NCBI GenBank assembly: GCA_951406725.2
Contig: OX597826.1
Coordinates: 80,662,001-80,726,000 of the forward strand
Origin: Octopus vulgaris
Taxonomy: Eukaryota
Length of the DNA stretch: 64,000 nucleotides
Direction: 5' to 3'
Part shown: positions 25,908 through 38,833 of the stretch, piece by piece
Layout of the letters: each line of letters starts with the position of its first letter
Numbering within the stretch: the stretch's first letter is position 1
Notes under the pieces: generated by a model
What the model saw: the letters and a program-made list of their open reading frames with translations, nothing else
What the model was told of the DNA's origin: nothing
The model's database searches: none
Program-made: the position numbers and the translations under genes

Positions 25908-27451
25908 TTCTATAGGGAGCAAAAGACCATTAAAATAATTATGTGGAATCATAAAAGGTAATAGCACTTATGTTTGGTGACTCTATGGCATGAGGAAATT
26001 GATGTGTTAGGTCAGGGTTTCTCAACCATTCTTTACCTATAGACACCTGAGATTCCTGTCTTACTCAGATTGATCCTCAGCCATTTAACATTGAAAAAAA
26101 ACTCATTATCGTCTTATAATTAAATATTATTAGGAATTGTATCAAAACTGTTAAAATATTTTGTGTATTGGACATCACATAAATTTTAAAATCTTATAGG
26201 GATCCTCGATGGACACAACTTTATTACCCACAAGGGGCTAAAAATAAAGGGGACAAACAAGAACAGACAGAAGGGTCAAGTCGATTACATTGACCCCAGT
26301 GTGTAACTGGTACTTATTTAATCGACGCTGAACGGCCGAAAGGCAAAGTCAACCTCAGTGGAATCCAAACTCAGAACATAATAGCAGACGAAATACTGCT
26401 AAGCACTTTGCCCGGAGTGCTAACATTTCTGCCAGCTCACCATCTTACAGTCCAAATTATATTCTTTACACCAAGTTCATTTGCCTTTTATATTTCTTAA
26501 CTACGAAACAAGTACCAGACAAAATAAGTGAGTACAAGAATAACATGTTTAAATATACTTGGAAAAGTATTAGAGTACATTGTTTCTTCTCTTGAGTAAC
26601 ATTCTTTCTTTTTTTTAGTTTTTATGATTGACAAATAGCTATACCCTAATCAAACAACAATTACTCCTTCAGACTACCTTTTCTATAACTACGATGAATA
26701 CATGGCTACCACCAGACTTTTCACTAAAACATCAAACTGAATAGTAAAACAGAATATGTTCATGCATTTATACGTAGATAGGTGTGTGTGTGTGTGTGTG
26801 TGTGCTTGTAAGGTGCAAGCATAACTGTGTGGTTAAGAAATTCACTTATGAACTAAGATTTGGGTTCAGTCCCACTGTGTGGCACTTTGGGTAAGTGTCT
26901 TCTCTGACCTCAGTCCACCCAAAGCTTTGTGGGTGGTTTGGAGAGATGGAAACTGAAACGAGCTCATCATATATATGTTGTGTATGTGCATGTGAAAGAG
27001 AGAAAAAGTGTGAGTGGGCGTATGTGCATGTGTGTCTGTGTGAGTGAATACATATCCCCCCCCCCCCGTGTTCACTGGCTGCAAATAATAGACTTGCTGG
27101 TGGCATTGTCTGTTTGCAGTTCACCCCTGCTTACTAAAGCTCAAACTTGATGACTGCAGACCTTTCCCTATTAAAGTCATATCTTTCACCTGCCCTTCAT
27201 CCCCCACCACATTTCTTACTGTCTCTCTCTCATCCTCACACCAAACACTACATCCTACCATTTACTCCAAACACACAAACACCACTTACAATGAAACTTC
27301 CAATTCATCTATGTTTCTTGTCAAACACTAATTTCCAACTTTCCAATCTAATCCAAAGTTAGATCTAAGCAAACCATTCTTTGTATACAGCAATATAAAA
27401 TAACTGGAACAAAATGAAATAATTTCAAAAGCACTAAATGACACAACTTAC

Positions 27452-27595
27452 CTTCATTGATTTCTCTATGAACATAAGGCCGCCACCATCTGAAAATGGC
27501 CCATCCATATTGCACTCTGACTGAAAAATCTTCTGTTACCAAATGCACATCACGGAACATTATTTTGCCACTCAAAACAGAAAAGGAAAAAGAAC
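27452..27595 (-). CDS. BLTP1: BLTP1/KIAA1109 homolog, internal coding exon (most 5' exon found), 144 bp
   Basis: Translates (G)SFSFSVLSGKIMFRDVHLVTEDFSVRVQYGWAIFRWWRPYVHREINE, matching the KIAA1109 N-terminal GSFSFSVLSGK...IFRWW motif as recalled. Acceptor ttttgtag, donor gtaagt, phase 1/1. Confidence 0.93.
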
Positions 27596-29629
27596 CTACA
27601 AAATAAAATTAAAAACAAAATTATTTTTGTCATGAATTATTTTAGACTTTGATCAAATTAATTTTAAAATGGTTAAATTAAAATATATTTTGCAAAATTG
27701 TAAAGCATCCACAAAATAATTAATAACCGAGATTGTTTATAAAATATTTTCATTAAGTGTTTCCTGTGTTTTTGTCTTGTAGTTTAACTGAAAAGAGAGA
27801 AACAACAATCTACCTTGCTACTAAATTAACGACTTACTTATCTTAAATACCTATGCCTATACTGATGGTTATGGACCAATTTAGTTTCAGAAATTTAATG
27901 CAAAATCCATTGAAACAATGCAAAGAAAATAAGTTCAAACACGAAAGAGAAATGTGTTATGAAATAAAAATATAATAAGAGACAGACGGGTAATAACCAG
28001 ATTTAACAACTGGAAGTTCTCAGTGTTATGAGGAGTTAGACATTTCCAAGAACATATTACAAAACTTCAGTCTGTTCATTTCTCTCTGTATGCTGCAGAG
28101 GTTTAATGTCTAAAGAACAAATTCTTTGTAGTAGAGAATGTAATTCATATGAAAATAATAAATATGATAATATTTCATATTTTCTATATAACGTTAATGT
28201 TTTCTTACTGTAATGGAAGAAAGTAAAGATTAAACTGTCTAAACTCAAGGGGAATTCAGTAGAAAACATGAAACTTTGTAACTATAAGGAAAATTCAAAC
28301 ATTAAGATCAGTGTAATTTTTCATGTGGAAATGCTAGTAAATAAAATATAAGCAAGCCAAAGGAGAAAAATTATGTAGTCATGCAACCTGCTAGAAATAA
28401 TAGTCAAATTATCCTAAAATTAGACCCTACTATCTTGAAAAAGTAAGGACACATTACACATTGTAGTGTTGGATATACAAAAAGATGGAATGACCATAGC
28501 TGGAATGTCAGTTCAGATCTACATGGATCTAAACAGCTATTAATTAGATAAAAGCAAAAAGAGCTCGTAAAAATTACTTTCACTCAGAAAAAAAAGAAAT
28601 AATAATAATAACTCCTGAAAACTGAATCCCTAAAATTATTTAACTAATTACTGTCACATGTTATAAGAACTGCAGGGGGTGTCATTAAGACAGACACCAC
28701 AACAACTTCATGTGCCATTAAGACACTCACTGCATGAGGTTTGCCAAGAGTCCAGAAAAGCAATTCTCAACTGCTGCTCCCAGGGATGCATGTGGCCCCA
28801 GGTATCATTCCAGTGGGCCCCTGACAGTCTTCTCTTTATAAATATAAATTTCGCTTTATTTTGACTGGTTTTACTTTTTTTTTTTTAGTGTAGCTCCCTA
28901 AAAACATCCAGGTTTTAGATTTGGCCCAAATATTAAAAAGGTTGAGAACCATTGGTCTGAAGTCACACACTACAATAGTTTTAGAGTTTTTATGTAAGAC
29001 ATCCTGATACTGCCAAAACAAATATCCGTAAGATACATGATGCAGTAAATAAACAAACACCAATTCGCTCTTTAACAAAGATCATCTTCATTTATATCTT
29101 ATTATTTCGTTATGCATGGAGTCTGACATTTTAAAGTTCTGTATGAGACTTGTAAAACTGACAAGCTAATGTTAAGTGCTACGATTCTATTCTGGTCAAA
29201 GTTTGACAACAAACACTTTTTCTAAACAGAAATATCATTGATTAATTTCACTATAGTCAATGAAGAACATCATTTGAAAACGGTTGAAAAACAGGCGGCC
29301 TTAAGTGGTTGTGTTGTTTTTGATTTTCTTTCCTTACAAACGCTACTCTATGTTGGAATGGATAAGTCATCTTTTTTTTTTCTTTTACAAATTTATAAAC
29401 TTGCATGTTGAGTAAAAGTACATCTTGATATCTGATGTTACCGCAGAGAACTTGCAACGTTGATGCAGGACTGGTAATAGTGGTGAGCCAGATCTATTGA
29501 ATCAAACATAGCAATATAGTTTCCCGAGCAAAGTTAACCCTTTCAATACCAACCTGCCAGAGATTTGCCATTGATTCTATGATACAAACTTTCTATCTTA
29601 AAATTATCAATATTGATTTAGAGCAAGGT

Positions 29630-30814
29630 CCTCTATGCTGACAACCTTGCTCTAATTGCTGAGTCACTATCAGAACTAGAGGAGAAGTTTCAGGTGTGGA
29701 AGCAAGGATTAGAATCGAAGGGCCTTAGAGTTAACCTAGCTAAAACCAAAGTCCTAATAAGTAGGAAGGCAGACAAACCACAAATCTCTTCAGGCAGATG
29801 GCCTTGCTCGATCTGTAGAAAAGGCATAGGTAGAAACTCTATAAGATGCACCAAGTTTGAGCTATGGACACATAAGAGGTGCAGCAATATCAAAGGAAGG
29901 CTAACTGAGAAGATAGTTTTTGTATGTGGCAGATGCTCAGGAGCAATAAACACTGAAAATGTGCAGAGAACAACTTCCACCACATTCCATGAAGAAAGAC
30001 TAGAAGTAGTTGATAGCTTCCGTTACCTAGGTGACCAAGTCAGTAGCAGGGGTGGGTGCACTGAAAGTGTAGCTGGTAGAATAAGAATAGCCTGGGCAAA
30101 GTTCAGAGAGCTCTTACCTCTGCTGGTGACAAAGGGCCTCTCGCTCAGAGTAAAAGGTAGATTGTATGATGCATGTGTACGTAGAGCCATGCTACAAGGT
30201 AGTGAAACATGGGCTGTGACTGCTGAGGATATGCATAAGCTTGCAAGAAATGAAGCCAGTATGATCCGCTGGATGTGTAATGGATGTGTAGTGTGTACAC
30301 TCAACAGTGTAAGTACCTTGAGAGAAAAGTTGGACCTAAGAAGCATCAGATGTGGTGTCCAAGAGAGACAACTGTGCTGGTATGGTCATGTGGCAAGAAT
30401 GGATGGGGATAGCTGTGTGAAAAAGTGCCACACCCTAGCAATTGAGGGAACCTGTGGAAGAGGTAGACCCAGGAAGACCTGGGATGAGGTAGTGAAGCAA
30501 GATCTTCAAGCATTAGGGCTCACCAAAGCAATGACTAGTGACCGAGAACTTTGGAAATATGCTGTGCTCGAGAAGACCCAGCAAGCCAAGTGAGACCATA
30601 ACCCGTGGTATATGTCAGGGGTGTAACAAGCCCGATTATGTGTATCTTTCCTTTATTGGACTCTAAACTCTGCTTGCAAAGATCTGTTGAGGCAATCAAA
30701 ATCAAATCAAATTCGATGACTGGCACCTGTACCAATGAAGCACTAAGAGCACCATCCAAGCGTGATCGTTGCCAGAGCAGCTGACTGGCTTCCGTGCCAG
30801 TGGCATGTAAAAAG
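29630..30814 (+). mobile_element. 5'-truncated RTE-clade LINE (RT C-terminal half, Cys/His finger, 3' UTR)
   Basis: Open frame 29631-30593 begins LYADNLALI (YADD box with D>N) and contains VNLAKTKV, FRYLG, GSETW, LCWYGHVARM and RGRPRKTW. The 3' UTR matches many truncated copies in the window. Confidence 0.95.
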
Positions 30815-31954
30815 AGACCAATAGAATAAGTATTGGGCTTACAAAGAATAAGTCCTGGAGTTGATTTGCTCAACTAAAGGCAGTGCTCCAGTATGGCCAC
30901 AGTCAAATGACTGAAACAAAAGAATATATATATATGATTTGCCATGCTGAACTCTTAATGTTTTTTTCATTCTCTCTCTGTTTATTTCCTCTTGTTCCTT
31001 TCTGCTGAAGAGCGTAGGCTCAAAACATAAAAAACATTTTCATTTTTCCCAAGCGTCAAACTAATATACTTGCTTGTTGTTCATACACCTGCTTCCGTCT
31101 TTTGTTTTTCTATAAATTTCAGCTGTGTGTGTGTGCTTATACATACATACACATTCAATTATATATATATATATATATATATATACATACACAAAACATA
31201 TATACATACACATGCATCAATACTACCAACTCCACTAACTCAACTGAACACACTGAACCCCACCCCAGCACTATACCCTTCACTCCCACCACCATACACC
31301 CACCCACCCACCATGTACGTGGGTGTCTCCATAACATGTACTGCTTTATTTTGATCTCCATAGTAATTATAATGATTGCATACCAATTTTACTAGGAAAA
31401 TTTAATATCAATATTTAGAACTTTGATTCTAATAATTGGATGATTTTTAATTAATTTTAAGTAAAGTTTGGTACCCAACAATTTTGATAACAATGAGTGT
31501 TTGACAACATTATCTGTGATGATAAATGGCTTCAACCAACTTGGCGCCAAGCACAAACATAAGCTTCTGAGACACTTATCACTACTAGCCTTGCCATCTG
31601 GCACCATCACCATATATCTACTATATCTCTGGAGCTAGAGGCATTTCTTCATTTCCATAGTGATTCTAGAAATTGTGCAAAAGATTACTTGAAAATGTTG
31701 GCAATAAAATCAAAAGCTTTGATTCTTATAACCAGATGTGTATGTGTAAGAAATTCCTCTCTCTTTCTCTCGTTGCAGTTTACTGCTGATCAAAAAAGAA
31801 AAAAAAAGAATGCTTTATAAACCACCAACTATTTTCTCTATAAAACAATTGTCTGACTTCAGAAAATGTTTGATTCCAATCCTACCTCAAATTATCAAAT
31901 TAACTTAACCTAAAAAGGATAGTCTCCCCTATGATAGCTGATCACCAGGGAGGG

Positions 31955-32001
<47 letters not shown>

Positions 32002-32181
32002 TTGATAACAGTTTCTGGTGGTAAGAGAAACAAGTTCAACTAGGGTTTTCTCGGTCAATTTTGGATAATATTATATTTTACTTACAGTTTTGGAAAATAA
32101 ATTTAGAATTGGATGCAAAAATTATCCAGCTACTAACACTTCTCATTAATACATCCATCCATTTATTAAAAAAAAAAACTA

Positions 32182-32730
32182 CAAGGGTGAGTCAAGAAGT
32201 AATGCCATTTTGTTTAGGACAGGTGTAATTACCAACACAGGAACATGTATCATACATCAAAATGAAGCTGGTCCTCTGTGGATCACATCCCTACTCCTCA
32301 ACATAGTCACCGTTTCTCCCAATAGCAATGTTGCACCTTTGAATGAGAGCATCTATCCCTGCCTTGTAAAATTCTGTTGACTGCTCTTTGGGCCACTTCT
32401 TCACTACAGTTTTCACTTCCTCATCACTTAACTATCATCTCTTTGGCCCCATGAAAGCGAGTTTGAGAGGCAAACATTATTCCAGTGACAAGGAAGTGAA
32501 AACTGTAGTGAAGAAGTGGCTCAAAGAACAGTCAACAGAATTTTAACAAGCAGGGATACATGCTCTCATTCGAAGGTGGAACATTGCTATTGAGAGAAAC
32601 GGTGACAATGTTGAGAAGTAGGGATGTGATCCACAGAGAACCAGCTTCATTTTGATGCATGATACATGTTCCTGTGTTGGTAATTATACCCGACCTAAAC
32701 AAAATGGCATTACTTTTTGACTCACCCTCA
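32182..32730. mobile_element. Fold-back MITE made of two inverted copies of a mariner 3' end
   Basis: 247-bp inverted arms (32182-32428 / 32484-32730) flanked by TA. The loop plus right arm encodes YHLFGPMKASLRGKHYSSDKEVKTVVKKWLKEQSTEF*QAGIHALIRRWNIAIERNGDNVEK, a mariner transposase C-terminus. Confidence 0.93.
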
Positions 32731-35700
32731 TATTTTGTCAACTGACTGCAATTTGTCATAATTTAAATGAAGTTGATATTTATGTAAAAAATTTGAAGAG
32801 AAACATATTTAGAGAAAAGAGAGAGAGTCATATTTGATGAACTGACAGCGTTTCAAGTATCTGCAGTGATGCAGTTTGATACTTTTACATTTTTGGAATT
32901 TGTTTTGAAACATTTGCTAAAAAAAAATTCTTAGTAAATTTAAGTGGAATCAGTTTACAGATTCCATGTGGAATTCACAGATGGAACCTCTACATTGTGA
33001 CTCAAGTTGCTATAAACAGTAACCAAAATCCCTCTCAAATCATTCCCTATATTTTGGAAAAAAATGAAGGACATGCATAACAAAATCTTGAATATGTCTG
33101 TCTGAAAGGAAAATTCAGGGATCACAGCTGAGACATTTTTCATCATAGGGTCACAAGAACATCTACAACCAACTAGGCAACCTGTATATAATCACTCAAC
33201 CTGCTAGTAATAACAGCCAAATCTCCCTAAAACAATATACCATCAGCAAAAATGAAGAACACACTTGATTAATGCAGTTCTTGACACACTATATTTGGAA
33301 ATAGATAAAAGAAGGGTTTGGTGTTCAGTTAGAATAGCACTGACCAAAGAAGACCTAGGGCTAAATAGCAATTAACTACTTAGGAAACGATTTTATAAAT
33401 GAAACACATTATGAGAGTTTGTCTGACCCAAAGTAAGTAGTTCAATCAATATATGATTGCTAACGAGGTACATTCCTTATCGTGAAAGAGTTAATGGGTC
33501 CTGCCAAGAGAGAAAGAAATCAACCCCAGCACTTAAGTACTTTATTTCCCAACCCCTAAAAACCCATAAGAATGAAAGGCAAATCAGCCTTGGCATGATT
33601 TGAACTCAGAATGCAGAGATCTGGATTAAATACTGCAAGGCATTCTATCCAATGACCCAATGCACTAACAACTCTGCCCATACACTGACTTGTTCTACTA
33701 CTTAATTACAATGATAAACTTGTAGTCATGGTCCTCAAAGCAAGAACGTCATTTTTAATAACTAACACAAAATGTACTCAAACTCTATAAAAACAGTTTG
33801 AAGAGTCGTCACATCTTCCAGTTAAATGTCGAATAATTTAAATCAATATCAAAAGGTCATCAAGACTAACACTTCTACATCCTAACATCCATTGTTTAAA
33901 ATCTGATAAAAATATTTTTTTTAAATTTATTTTAAAAGTAAAAATGACCTTTCTTAAACATATCCTGTTTTTCTCCATCTCTTATAATCTCACTTCTCTG
34001 AGACAAAGGAATCTATTTGATGATTAGTTCAGCCAACATTTACCAGCTTCAAATATAGGAACATACAGGTCAATGAGAAATAACAGCCAAACCAATCTTG
34101 AAATGACAGGCAAACCAAACTTGAATCCCACACACATAACAATCTTAAAAGTGATTGATTAGTTATGCCTGGAATACATTTGACCAGGATAGGTGTGGCT
34201 GGAATGTTTCTTAGCTTAGACTAAAATGACTAAGTTTTCTTTGTAAAGGTTGACCTGTGGCTAAACAACAATGACGTTCTTGTATGTGGTGAGTTTGTAT
34301 AACAAAAATATCTTCAGCCTTTCAGTATTTAAAGCAGCCATATCCGGCCAAAATATTCTTCCTGGTAAAGGTTCAACCTGACCGGCTCCTGCTTCTCACA
34401 CCTACCCTACAATGTCATTCTAAAAAACAAAAACATTGTCACATCATCGAAATCTCAAGGATACAAGATAATGCAGGATGAATTCCAAGCAATGTAAATA
34501 AATAAGCAGAACATTTAACAGAGAAATCTGAATGCTGAAGGGATAAATCAACTATCTCTTTAAACGAGGAGTAAAGCATCAGGACTACAGTCCACAAGTC
34601 GCTGGCTCGCTGAGGTATTCTTGGGGGCCTTAATGATTCCCCTGCTTGCCAACTGACATTTTACAAAAGTTTGTTAAATTTAATAGTTGTGGGCTAATAG
34701 AAACAACTGATGGGTTTTAGCTTTTTGTTTTACAATCTTAATTATTATTGACACAAGCATTGCCAGTGATGGAAATTGGGGGAGGATATTTTCACATCAT
34801 CTAATGTCCACTTTTCCATGCTTGCATGGGTCAGACAGAATTTGTTGAGGAACACTTTCTACAGCTGGATGCCCTTCCTGTTTTCCACCCTCACCAACTT
34901 CAAAGTATGGTCATATTTCACTATGGAAGACAGGAAATGAACATCATTTACAATCATTAAATGAGGTCAAGAGAAGGAAACACACACACACACACACACA
35001 CACACAGAACAGGCTTCTTTCAATTTCTGTCTACCAAATCCACTCACAAGGTTTGGGTTGGCCCAAGGGCATAATAGAAGGCACTTACCCAAGGTGTATA
35101 TTGTAAAATATATATACGTGATACTAAGAAAATATAAAAAAATTTAAAGTGGGCTTCAACAAAAAAAGTTGCTAATCCATGCTTTAAATGATAACATGAA
35201 GCCTGTTCTTTTGTTTGTTTGTTTTTTTGGTGGGGGAGGGTTCCCCCTAAAAAGAGAAAATTGTGATGATCTCATTTTCTCCAAGGGTATTTAGACACAA
35301 GAGAAGAGAATACAGAGTGTACAAAGACCCCCAACAACATATGAAACTTCATTTTAGACATAGTCTTTATAACTCTGAATTTTTAGAACATGACTCATTT
35401 TCTTAATCCTTTACACACCAAGTTATAAATAATATTTTTAGTCCTCAACGACCAGTTAAAAATGATCTCTTAGAAACCAGATGTTTGCTAAAATATCAAT
35501 GTTTGTGGGTGGGCATTTGAATGCACGTTTGTGAGCAGACATGTATTTGTGTGCATGCAAAATATAATTTGTGCATGCATTTGCATGTGAAGTAAAAAGA
35601 AAACATGAAATTTGTAGAGGTTTTTACATAGAGTAATAACAATTTTAGTCCAACTTCATTACTGAGTTATATAATTAATTACATTCATCCTGTGTTAAAT

Positions 35701-38605
35701 ATTTGATTGAGTCTCTCATAGAAGAAATGCACTTAGCACCCAAAACATTTTCTCTAAAATTCCAAGTGAAGTCTGAATTTCTAGATACTTCAAACCTGTT
35801 GTACAACCATTTTTTTTTTTCTTTTTGAGCTGTAAAACTTACTCTATTAAAACTGAACCATGTTCAACTACGAGAGAGTTTTCAATGTTTTGCCTGTTGT
35901 TAGTCTTAAAATTTTATAAAATTGCCAATATAAACTGGAGACTTAAAAGAGAAAAAGAGTGGGATGAAAGCCTAAAATCAACAACTGTAAAGAGTGTGTA
36001 AAATTGCTGAAACATTTACGTAAAAAGTAAACATGTCAATTAACAAGACTGGATAAATACCATCATGATTGTTAGATAATCATCGCTATTATGTACAAGG
36101 GATATCAGAATTTTGCACTTGCTAGAAATAGTGAAGTGTATTTAAAATCTCTCACTGGATAGTTCCATTGATCTACAGTTACTTGTATTAAGGCTGTTTG
36201 AAAACATTGGAAAGTATATTACTATGAATATAATTTTCAGCAATGAATAAGATAAATTTAATTTTAACCACAGTTCAAAATACACCAACAGAATGAAATC
36301 TTATTGACAAATTTTCGTGGAAAAATTCTAATTTAAAAAATGTAATAAATATTCAATCATCTAAAACAAAAAAAAATTAACAATATTTATCAAATACAAT
36401 TCTAAAATATAAAATCAGGTTTTTAATGATGTTCAACATTTTTATGTTATTATTTGATTCAATTCAACTGATAAGGACCACTGTCAAACAGAATCATGTC
36501 ACAAATTTTTTTTTTTTTCAATTAAATACATTCAATACGATATCCCCAGTATATCTACAAGAAGGTTGTTCAATTTAGTGGACTGATAAAACAGAAATTA
36601 ACCCCAAAATTATACGCTATTATAACCTGGGCCAAGATCAAATGCTACAAATGTTTCATAATATTTGGAGTTATGTACAAACAATTACAATGCTGGCCTC
36701 CTTGTCTACAGTTATATTAATTATCAAATAAATTCACTAGTCTTTAAAACAAGAGACCTTACACAAAGTCCTAATTAGATTAAAAAACTAGTTATCAATA
36801 TTCAGTCATGGTTTTCCTTAAATACAAAGCATAAATAATCAAACACCTGATCTAAAACACACATTATTATAAGAAATCCAAACTGTGGTTTAAGGTACAA
36901 ATAAAAAGAAGTGAGAACCATTTCCAAGCAAGATTACACAGTTATCAGAAAAATATTTAGTGGGAGAGGTCTTAGTCAATTACATCAACTTTGGTCAGGA
37001 TTTGAACTTAAAACAAAGAATAAGAACAAATACTGCTCAAACGAATCGGCTGATCCACTACTCTTGGAATAGGTATTATAATGAATTCAGAACTTAAAGG
37101 ACTGCAACAAATACTGCAAGGCAGTTTGTCTGATTCGTCTGACACTCTCAAGATTCCAGAACCTCTTATGCTCCACATTAATTTAAGAACATGAACCTCA
37201 TATTCCCACCACACTAGTTTACTGGTGCCTTACACTAACTACTATCTTGCACAGAACAGTATTAATACTAATGTATAGGTAATTGTATTTCAGCATGGAA
37301 AGCGGACGCTAAACAATGATGATGATGATTCGTTTAAATTTAGAATGTAACCACCCCTGGTTCAGAAAAATTAGTAATCCGTAATGACTTTGGAACCAAG
37401 GCTCTAAAAAATCAATATTATACCTATATTAAAAACTGCTATCTACAGAAGCTACTCACAGCAGTAAGATAAAATTCAGAATCTGAAAACAAATTATTAA
37501 CATATTGCTTATTAATTGTCAAGCCATTTTTTTTTTTTTGTTCGGGGTTCAGTCAATTTTGAATTATTCAAATAGTTTAAAAGTAGACTAACACATGAAC
37601 ACATTTTGCAACTGACTACTACCTACACTGTCAAGTGCACACACACACACACACACAATGATCATATATATTCAGAATTCATTGACTTGTGGAATTGAGT
37701 GATATAATGGTAGCTTCGCTTTAACAAAAAAATAAATTCCAAGTTTCAGATACTCAATACCTACACAGTATTTTAAGAAGTCGATTAAGAAAAAAAAAAA
37801 TCATATTTCATTGGTTATTCCTTTGGATGTGTTAGGATTTGAAACAGTGACAATAGCCTGTGCTAGATGACAGGTGCTATATGTTCAATAACAAGATACC
37901 TGCTACTACAACTATTTCACAAAAGCAATTAGTAATTATATGAAATCTTATGCTAAGCTGAGTTCACATTTGACCCCTTTCAAAGAAACATTGTACAGGT
38001 CAACAAAAAACAAAGACTAAAATCAATACATCGTGATCAACTGAATCATATATTTATCTGCTTTTTCTGCTGACTAACAGATTTTTTTTCTCTATCATTT
38101 AGCTGTGTATTTTGAACATAAAATGGAATATCTAGGAATTAAAAAAGAAAAATTATATCTAATGATAATGTACAATATTCTAAGATTAGTTAAGCAAACA
38201 CATGAATAGAAAATAATTTACATATTTTCAACTTCTTTCTGGTGTCAACATAGTGAACACAATATGTAATCCTCCTAAATTAGATGCAGAGCAAATAACA
38301 ATGCAGAAATGCATCAAAATGCAACTTGCTGAAGAGATTCACAGACTCAGTTTGCAAGAAATTCATCTTCATCTAATACAAAGAGATAAATGATAAATAA
38401 TAATAATAAAGACATCCAGCTTTTGTGCAACAGATTTATGAGAAGGGTTTTAGTCTTGTGAGCAATGAAACAACTTTAGTGCTGGGGCTGCAAAAAAGCA
38501 CCCTGGAGACTCTGTAAAGTGGGTTGGCATCAGGAAGGGCATCTTGCCAAAACAGAGACATTGGAACAAGAGAGAGTTTTCCTACCAATTGGATCTTATC
38601 TAACC

Positions 38606-38833
38606 TATTTCTTTATTACCCACAAGGGGCTAAACACAGAGAGGACAAACAAGGACAGACAAACGGATTAAGTCGATTATATCGACTCCAGTGCGTAACT
38701 GGTACTTATTTGATCGACCCCGAAGGGATGAAAGGCAAAGTCGACCTCGGAGGAATTTGAACTCAGAACGCAGCGGCAGACGAAATACTGCTAAGCAATT
38801 CGCCCGGCGTGCTAACGATTCTGCCAGCTCACC
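38606..38833 (-). mobile_element. Family A SINE inserted into an RTE-tail remnant
   Basis: Perfect 16-bp TSD tggatcttatctaacc at 38590-38605 and 38834-38849. Confidence 0.93.

Noticed and set aside
27140-27185. Fourth hammerhead-like motif (ttgatga...)
   Set aside because: There is no stem II or GAAA downstream.
29694-30593. Host protein-coding gene or active retrotransposon
   Set aside because: It is a 5'-truncated RTE lacking the endonuclease and most of the RT, with YADD mutated to YADN and no ATG start.
37460-37482. Possible 23-nt minus-strand micro-exon (ttttcag...gtgagt)
   Set aside because: It is frame-shifting, has no similarity to BLTP1, and such motif pairs are expected by chance in 36 kb.
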